Below the pieces are notes generated by a model. It ran no database searches. It was given only the letters and a program-made list of their open reading frames with translations, and was not told where the DNA came from. The translations under genes were made by a program, and so were the position numbers. A DNA stretch of 23,824 bases from Capsulimonadales bacterium (lineage in GTDB: Bacteria; Armatimonadota; Armatimonadia; Armatimonadales; Armatimonadaceae): assembly GCA_033762295.1 (NCBI GenBank), contig JANRLW010000128.1, forward strand, positions 1 through 23,824, read 5' to 3'. Below, in pieces: positions 17,568 through 23,824 of the stretch (positions are counted from its first letter, which is position 1; every line of letters begins with the position of its first letter).

Positions 17568-18718
17568 GCGATTAAAGCCTCCTCGGTAAACACGACCGGT
17601 TCCACCGGCGCCGCCTCCGATCGGGGAGCGGCGCGCAGGGCGACGGCGGCCAGCCAGCCGATGACGCCCAGGCCGGCGACCAGTAACAACAGGAACAGAG
17701 CGATGACCGACCAGTTGGAGACCACCTCTCTCTGCCAGACATCGAATCCCTTACTCAGCAGGGTCACATCGCGGATGCCATCCCGGTAGATCACCTGACC
17801 GGCAACGGCGACGACCGCTCCGAGCGCTCCGCCGATCGGAGCCAGGAGTCCGCCTTTGCCCGTCAATCCGAGCAGCGAGGTGGCAAGGACCAGCGCCAGA
17901 CCGACCAGACAGGCAATGCCGGAGATCAGGAACAGCGGGGAAGCGTTCACGGAGGCGATAATGCCCTCCGGCTGTGAAGCCTGGACGACGAAGGCGAGAG
18001 CGATTTGTGCGCCCGCACCGACCACCGACAGGACACTTCCGACCCGGCTCAATAGCGACCTGACGTCGGCGGAGAGCGACTTCGCCAGGGAGACCAGCAC
18101 GAGGCCCAGACCACCGAGGGTCAGTCCGCCGGCCAGCACGAACAGGAACCGGGGGGCCATGGTCGGGTCACGCGGCGGCGTCTGCAGTCCGAGGGCGGTC
18201 CGGGAGTACATCTCCTGCCAGACGTCCGGACGCAGCATCAGGGTCATGTTGAACGCATAAATCTGACCGATCGTCAGGGTCAGAAGCAGAGCGGCCAGTC
18301 CCCAGGTCCAGCCGGCCCGTCCTTTTTCAATGCGGTCGGTCATCCGGTAGAGGAAGAAATAGGCGAAGGTCAAAATCGGAATGACCGCGATCCAGAGAAC
18401 GCCGATCAGGACGCTGCTGGTGTAGAGGGCGCGACCGTAAAGGACCTGCGCGAAGAGAAGCGGAGGGATGCCGAAGTTAATGACGTAGGTCATTACCACC
18501 GGAAGACGCCGGGAGAGGGCGAGCGATGCCGAAAGGAACGCCGCGCGCGCCGGGCCGTTCTGCCGGCCGCCCAGGAAGTTCAGGGCGCAGGCTGCCAGAA
18601 GACCGCCCAGAAAGAGCTGGAGGGCGATGAAGTGCAGCGTCAATGTCAGCAGACTCAGCGCCTTCATCAGCCAGACGGGCGCCGGCAGTGGGATTGGGTC
18701 GACACCAGGAAACAGCAT
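17564..18718 (-). CDS. Polytopic membrane protein, probable second divergent CydA-like subunit
   Basis: About 9 hydrophobic segments; LTLHFIALQLFLGG and VINFGIPPLLFAQVLYG resemble CydA TM1/TM2. First gene of the respiratory operon. Confidence 0.65.
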   Translation of the reverse strand: MLFPGVDPIPLPAPVWLMKALSLLTLTLHFIALQLFLGGLLAACALNFLGGRQNGPARAAFLSASLALSRRLPVVMTYVINFGIPPLLFAQVLYGRALYTSSVLIGVLWIAVIPILTFAYFFLYRMTDRIEKGRAGWTWGLAALLLTLTIGQIYAFNMTLMLRPDVWQEMYSRTALGLQTPPRDPTMAPRFLFVLAGGLTLGGLGLVLVSLAKSLSADVRSLLSRVGSVLSVVGAGAQIALAFVVQASQPEGIIASVNASPLFLISGIACLVGLALVLATSLLGLTGKGGLLAPIGGALGAVVAVAGQVIYRDGIRDVTLLSKGFDVWQREVVSNWSVIALFLLLLVAGLGVIGWLAAVALRAAPRSEAAPVEPVVFTEEALIA

Positions 18719-18887
18719 AGGGTTATACCGCCTGCCACTAGAATTTTCGCCGACGGAAACCGGGCGTTCCCGCGGGCTTTGTTCCTATTTTCACGGACAA
18801 GCGTCCGACGAGAATCCCCGGTTTAGCCGATTATTCAAAGGAAGGAAACGGCATGCCGATCAGGAAAAGACTTTCGGAGGCGTCCGT

Positions 18888-20039
18888 ATGCCACTTTCGT
18901 CGTTCGTTCAAAAAGAGTTTGCGATCGGTTTCTGGGTGGAACCGCCGTTCGATCGGCGTGCCGAAGCGCGTTATCGGGAAATCAAGGAGGCAGGTTTCAA
19001 TCTGGTGCTTGCCGGGTTCTCCGGGGCGGAACCGACCGCTCTGGTCCGTGTACTCCGGCGAACGGGTTTGAACGCCATCGTGACCGCCAAGGGGGACGTT
19101 TTTACCGATTGGCCCGATGATCCGGTCGTTCTTGGTTACTCCCTGAGGGACGAACCGGGGGCGGCGGACTTTCCGGCCCTGAAAACCCGTGTCGAGGCGG
19201 TTCGCCGGGAACGGCCGGGGCGGCTCGGCTATATCAACCTGTTTCCCAACTATGCCAGCCCGGCCCAGCTCGGGGCGCCGACCTATGAGGAATATGTACG
19301 GCGGTTCCTCGACGAGGTGCGGCCCGATGTCCTTTCGATGGATCATTACCCGATTTTTCTTCCGGACCGGGATGGGAGGGACCGTTACTGCGAGAACCTG
19401 GCGACGATGCGGGAGCACAGCCTGCGCGCGCGAGTCCCGTTCTGGAACTTCTTTAATTCCATGCCGTACGGGCCGCATACCGATCCGACCGAGGCGCAGT
19501 TACGCTGGCAGGTCTTCGCGTCGCTCTGTTACGGCGCGAAGGGCGTTCTGTACTTCTGTTATTTCACGCCGCGCGGGGACGAGTTTCCGAAAGGCGGGGC
19601 GATCATCGCCACGGACGGAACGAAAACGCGGCATTATGCCCACGCACAGCGGATTAACGCCCTGCTGAAAGCCTACGGGCCGACTCTGATGCGAACGACG
19701 ACTACCGGCGTATACCGCGTAGGACCGACCGACCGGCCCGCCGATCTGTTGAAAGGCTCCGGAATCGTCGACCTCAAATCCGCCCCCGTCGATCCGCCGG
19801 GCGATTACCTGGTCGGTTCGTTCCGGCATCAGAGCGGTCGTCGCGCGGTGTTGCTGATGAACTACCGGTTCGCCTTCTCCGCCTGGCCGACGGTTGTGTT
19901 TGACGCCCCGGTCGAGGCGGTTCGGGAGGTCGATCCGACGACGGGCCGAGCGGTTCCGGTCCGGGACGATAGCCCGGATATGCCCGGCCTCCAGATTTCG
20001 CTGGCGGATGGCGAGGGGCGACTTTTCCTGTTGCCCTAG
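18888..20039 (+). CDS. Putative glycoside hydrolase (clan GH-A-like TIM barrel), no signal peptide
   Basis: EIKEAGFNLV, GYSLRDEP, YINLFP, LSMDHYP and YGAKGVLYFCY patterns. ATG 18888 with GGAGG RBS. Confidence 0.62.
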   Translation: MPLSSFVQKEFAIGFWVEPPFDRRAEARYREIKEAGFNLVLAGFSGAEPTALVRVLRRTGLNAIVTAKGDVFTDWPDDPVVLGYSLRDEPGAADFPALKTRVEAVRRERPGRLGYINLFPNYASPAQLGAPTYEEYVRRFLDEVRPDVLSMDHYPIFLPDRDGRDRYCENLATMREHSLRARVPFWNFFNSMPYGPHTDPTEAQLRWQVFASLCYGAKGVLYFCYFTPRGDEFPKGGAIIATDGTKTRHYAHAQRINALLKAYGPTLMRTTTTGVYRVGPTDRPADLLKGSGIVDLKSAPVDPPGDYLVGSFRHQSGRRAVLLMNYRFAFSAWPTVVFDAPVEAVREVDPTTGRAVPVRDDSPDMPGLQISLADGEGRLFLLP

Positions 20040-21655
20040 GTCGCGGATTTCAGATGACGGACAAAGTAGCCCGGCTGCAACGGTTCGCCCGTCGCGGACC
20101 GTATAAGTTCATCCCAGCGCAGTCGTGCGCCGGGGGCGAACACGGACCGACGGAAATAGTCTCCGACCAGCGGTGAGGTGACCAGCGAACGCTCGGTGTC
20201 GCCGGAATTCCCCAGAACCGCCGTGCGAACGTATTCGAGCACCTGGGACGCCATCATTTCGCCGAGAAGATAGTTATGGTAGTAGACCGGCGCGAGAGCC
20301 AGGTGCAGTTTGGCGGCCCAATCGGGCGCGTTCCGGTCGGGCGGGGGCGTGACGCCCTGGAACGTTTCCACCAGTTGCCACCAGAGACGGTTCAGGTCGC
20401 GCGCCGGATTTTCGTACATCGCACGTTCAAAGTGGGCCATCACCAGAACCCAGCGAACGAAAATCAGGAGGAATTCGCCGATCTGCCGCTGACCGGCCGC
20501 GGCCACGTCGGCCGCCTCCTCCGGGGAAACGCCGACAAACTCGGTGAGAAACGCCGCGTTTTTGGAGAGTCGGCCCATCCATTGCGCCACCGCTTCCGTC
20601 GTCAGGGTATGAGAAACCTCCCTCAGGAAGAACGGCAGATCATCGCCGAGGTAACGATCGTACACGGCATGCCCGAATTCGTGCAGCATCGTCCCCATCC
20701 AGCGTTCGGTGTCGGTACAGTTGCACAGAACGCGGACGTCCTCGAAACGTCCCACATGAAGGCAGAAAGCATGTTCGCTTTTATCGGCCCGTTCGTAAAG
20801 ATCGGACCGGCTCAGAAGGTCGGAGACATCGAGTCCGATCCGCTCGAAAAAGGTTGCGGTCAGGGTTTCCAGGTTCTTGCCCTGGTAGAACCGGTCAAAA
20901 TCGATGTCGCCGGGCGGCGCTTCCTGAAAGAACGGATCGAAGAAATGCCAGGGATAGAGGGTTTCGGTCCTGAATCGACGTCGAAGCTGGTCGTCCAGTC
21001 GGGCTTTGTAGTCCCGGAACAGCGGTTCGGTTTGCGCGGCGAGGTCATTCAGCAGGGCGAAGACGGACTCGACTTCCTGCTCCTGAAGGGCGAGCGCCAT
21101 CTCATAGTAGTTGGCGTACCCCTGTTTTCGCGCCTCGGCGTTTCGAAGGGCGACCAGATGCAGAACGTCGTCGCGAACGAGGGGGCCGATTTCCTTGGTC
21201 GCTTCCCAGGCATGGCGGCGCGTCAGCGAATCGTCGGACGTTCGCAGAATCTCCCGCAGAGCGTTCTCCCCGGACGGCTTGCCGTCGAACAGGGGGCGGT
21301 GTGTGTTATATCTCGTTTCGATGCGTCGTTCGGTATCGACGAGTTCCTCGATGACGGCGTCCTCCATCTGGTTGCCGGCGAAGCGAAGGTAGAGCAGCCT
21401 GTGCTGCCGTCGTTCGTCCGGTGTCAGCGGTGCGGTGTCGAGGTCGCGCAGGTAGGCAAACGCGGCCCGGTCGGAGTAAAGCCGTGTCTGGGCTTTCTGC
21501 GTTTCGGCGGCGCGGGCCTCATTTTGCGGGGTGGCGAGCGTACTGGCATCCCACCAGGCGACGGCGGCGTCCCGTTCGACCGGTTCGATGCGGGCGCGGT
21601 GCCAGTCGAGGAAGGCGGAGAAAGAAGAGAAAAAAAGGGGTGGGGTATCGGCCAT
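20036..21655 (-). CDS. M2/M3-family zinc metallopeptidase (peptidyl-dipeptidase/oligopeptidase-like)
   Basis: MLHEFGHAVY (HExxH), downstream TEAVA, DWAAKLH...PVYYHNY and RNAEARKQGYANYY. Confidence 0.88.
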   Translation of the reverse strand: MADTPPLFFSSFSAFLDWHRARIEPVERDAAVAWWDASTLATPQNEARAAETQKAQTRLYSDRAAFAYLRDLDTAPLTPDERRQHRLLYLRFAGNQMEDAVIEELVDTERRIETRYNTHRPLFDGKPSGENALREILRTSDDSLTRRHAWEATKEIGPLVRDDVLHLVALRNAEARKQGYANYYEMALALQEQEVESVFALLNDLAAQTEPLFRDYKARLDDQLRRRFRTETLYPWHFFDPFFQEAPPGDIDFDRFYQGKNLETLTATFFERIGLDVSDLLSRSDLYERADKSEHAFCLHVGRFEDVRVLCNCTDTERWMGTMLHEFGHAVYDRYLGDDLPFFLREVSHTLTTEAVAQWMGRLSKNAAFLTEFVGVSPEEAADVAAAGQRQIGEFLLIFVRWVLVMAHFERAMYENPARDLNRLWWQLVETFQGVTPPPDRNAPDWAAKLHLALAPVYYHNYLLGEMMASQVLEYVRTAVLGNSGDTERSLVTSPLVGDYFRRSVFAPGARLRWDELIRSATGEPLQPGYFVRHLKSAT

Positions 21656-21725
21656 GAGCCATTGTACCGTGTCAGGCGGCGGTCCTCCGTTCGGACCTGC
21701 GCGGTAAATGCGGTATCATCGAAAG

Positions 21726-22823
21726 GTGACCCGCGATACGGAAATCGAACCCAACAAGCGTGACCTGGCCGCCGTCCGTCTGACGGCGCGGGTCCGCTGT
21801 GCCGGCTGAGCGAGCAAGATCGGGCCGTCGGCCCTGAAGGAAGTTCTGGCCGGACTGCCGATCGAGCGGCATCCCGATCTGATCGTCGGACTGGACACGT
21901 CCGACGATGCGGGGGTCGTTCGCCTCTCGTCGGACCTGGCATTGATTCAAACGGTCGATTTCTTTACCCCGATCGTGGATGATCCCTACTGGTTCGGCGC
22001 GATTGCCGCCGCAAACTCCCTGTCGGACGTCTACGCGATGGGCGGAACGCCGCTGACCGCGCTGAACATCGTCTGTTTTCCGATCAAGGAGCTGCCGGGA
22101 ACGATCCTGGCGGAGATTCTGCGCGGCGGCAGTGACCGGTTGCGGGAAGCGGGCGTTCATCTGGCGGGTGGCCACAGCGTGGATGATCCCGAACCGAAGT
22201 ACGGGCTGAGCGTCACCGGAACCGTCCATCCGGAGCGGATCACCACCAATGCCGGGGCGCGTGTTGGGGATATTCTGGTACTGACGAAGCCCCTCGGGAC
22301 CGGAATCCTGACAACGGCGGCGAAACAGGAGGCGCTGGACGGCGAAACGCTGACGCTGGCGATCGAGACCATGGCGACACTGAACCGGGACGCGGCGGAA
22401 GCGATGCGTCGGACGGGGGTCGGTCCCTCAGGGGTCCATGCGGCGACCGATATTACGGGGTTCGGACTGCTGGGGCATCTTTCGCATATGGTGCGCGCCG
22501 CCGGCGTCGGGATGCGTCTGACGGTCGATGCGCTGCCGTTGCTGCCTCGTGTCCGCGAACTGGCCTCCGCAGGTTTCACCACCGGGGGAGGGCTCTCCAA
22601 CGGCAAATACCTGGAGGGGATGATACGGTTCGATCGATCCCTTCCGGGCGATCTCATCGACGTTCTGCTCGACCCGCAGACATCGGGCGGTCTGTGTATT
22701 GCGGTCGCGCCGGAGAGGGCGGAAACGCTGGTCGGGCATCTGCGCGATTTGAGCGACGAACGGACCGGCGCGTGGGTCATCGGCGAGGTGACCGACGAAC
22801 GGGAAACGTTACGGCTCGTTTGA
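21726..22823 (+). CDS. selD: Selenide, water dikinase (selenophosphate synthetase), selenocysteine-containing
   Basis: The frame extends 5' of the ORF-track start: GTG 21726...VRLTARVRCAG[TGA 21807-21809]ASKIGP...TSDDAGV...QTVDFFTP, NSLSDVYAMGG, GGHS, LTKPLGTG, TDITGFGLLGH, DPQTSGGL. An alternative in-frame ATG lies at 21708. Confidence 0.95.
21820..21837 (+). promoter_or_regulatory. Putative bacterial SECIS hairpin
   Basis: TCGGGCC-GTC-GGCCC(T)GA stem-loop starting about 11 nt after the UGA, with G first in the apical loop. Confidence 0.6.
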
Positions 22824-22830
22824 CGGCGTC

Positions 22831-23619
22831 TCAGGGCAAAATCCCGATCATTCCCGCCATTCGGCCTGTTTTACCCTGGTCCCGGCGATGGGAGAAGTAG
22901 CGATCGGGGCGAGAGAACGTGTCTTCCGTGCCGTCGGGGCCGGGGTCGATGAACTCCGGTGGGATACCGATCGCTTCGAGTCGCCGCCGGACGGCGGCCG
23001 CCAGGTCGACATGCGGTTTTCCCGTCCTTGGCGAACGCACCACCACTTCCGGCGGGAACCGCACGGCCACCTCCTCTCCCACTTCGAAAGATTCGACCCC
23101 GATGCAGGGACCGATGGCGGCCCTTAACCGGTCAGGAGAACTGTCGGGAAATCGGTTCATGGCGTCGACCGTGTTCTCGACCACATCGGCGACGATGCCA
23201 CGCCAACCGGCATGGGCAATCGCGATGACCGTGGCATCCGCGTTCGTAAGAAAGACCGGGAGGCAGTCGGCGAAGAAGAGGGCGAGCAGAATTCCGGGAA
23301 CGTCGGTGACGAGGGCATCAGTGCCGGGGACGGCGGATTCGAGGTCGAGGGCGCCCCGTCCGGCGTCCGCTTCGGTGACGACCGCCACCCGATGACCGTG
23401 GATTTGTTCGGCGCAGACCATTCTCCTGAGGAGAAAGCCCAGTTCGTTCGCCGCTCGCCGGCGGTTTTCACGAACAGCCTCCGGGTTATCGCCGACGTGA
23501 AACGCCAGATTGAGGGAGTGGAACGGCGGATCGGAAACGCCGCCGTGACGGGTTGTGAATCCCTGTCGAAGGCGTGGAGGATGGAACCGCGGGGACGAAT
23601 CGATGACGATCGGAGGCAC
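22831..23619 (-). CDS. pgeF: PgeF/YfiH family protein (purine nucleoside phosphorylase, 'laccase-domain')
   Basis: FTTRHGGVS, SLNLAFHVGD, QIHG, DALVT, ADCLPV, HAGWRG, IGPCI and YFSHRR...GRM. Start uncertain (GTG 23619 versus 23655). Confidence 0.93.
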   Translation of the reverse strand: MPPIVIDSSPRFHPPRLRQGFTTRHGGVSDPPFHSLNLAFHVGDNPEAVRENRRRAANELGFLLRRMVCAEQIHGHRVAVVTEADAGRGALDLESAVPGTDALVTDVPGILLALFFADCLPVFLTNADATVIAIAHAGWRGIVADVVENTVDAMNRFPDSSPDRLRAAIGPCIGVESFEVGEEVAVRFPPEVVVRSPRTGKPHVDLAAAVRRRLEAIGIPPEFIDPGPDGTEDTFSRPDRYFSHRRDQGKTGRMAGMIGILP

Positions 23620-23706
23620 GTTTTCCAGTGAACCACGAAGGAAGCCCACGGACAACCGGGGGACCGGCGCGATGAGAAACCGGGAACGTCTCGGACGGGT
23701 GTATCG

Positions 23707-23734
23707 TTGACGTAAAAGGGACGTATGGTATAAT
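23707..23734 (+). promoter_or_regulatory. Strong sigma70 promoter for the tRNA
   Basis: TTGACG, 16 nt spacer, TATAAT with an extended -10 TG. Confidence 0.75.
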
Positions 23735-23766
23735 GCGTCTCGGCGTCAGCGAATGCGTCGCGCCGT

Positions 23767-23824
23767 GAGTCGTTAGCTCAGTCGGCAGAGCACCGCCCTT
23801 TTAAGGCGGGTGTCCTGGGTTCGA
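23767..23824 (+). tRNA. tRNA-Lys(UUU), truncated at the window end
   Basis: GAGTCGT-TA-GCTC AGTCGGCA GAGC-A-CCGCC CT TTT AA GGCGG-GTGTC-CTGGG TTCGA; anticodon TTT at 23800-23802. Confidence 0.95.

Noticed and set aside
20276..21763. 495-aa + strand ORF
   Set aside because: Shadow of the M2/M3 peptidase.
21807..21809. selD as a pseudogene with a premature stop
   Set aside because: The UGA falls exactly at the catalytic Cys/Sec position, is followed by a SECIS-like hairpin, and the rest of the gene is intact.

Overview
High-GC bacterial chromosomal window made up mostly of housekeeping and envelope genes. In order: a Wzm/Wzt-type polysaccharide ABC exporter (Wzt truncated at the left edge); an excisionase-like HTH gene; a membrane protein plus winged-HTH regulator pair; Lon protease with a coupled hypothetical gene; a 1143-aa LVIVD-propeller/helical protein behind a highly structured leader; a purple-acid-phosphatase-like enzyme; tyrS; a PEP-CTERM-like Zn-metalloprotease; a four-gene respiratory operon (CydA-like membrane protein, Rieske, cytochrome b, CydA-like/cytochrome c fusion); a glycoside hydrolase-like protein; an M2/M3 peptidase; selD; pgeF/yfiH; and a partial tRNA-Lys(UUU). 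Three things stand out. (1) A roughly 140-nt strand-specific multi-hairpin RNA is closed by a stem ending at the start codon of the modular 1143-aa protein. (2) The respiratory operon looks like a Rieske/cyt b plus bd-like (CydAA'-type) chain whose bd subunit seems to lack the b558/quinol site and instead carries a c-heme. (3) selD has an in-frame UGA (Sec) with a SECIS-like hairpin, which the ORF track missed. Family assignments come from motif recognition by eye; no searches were run.
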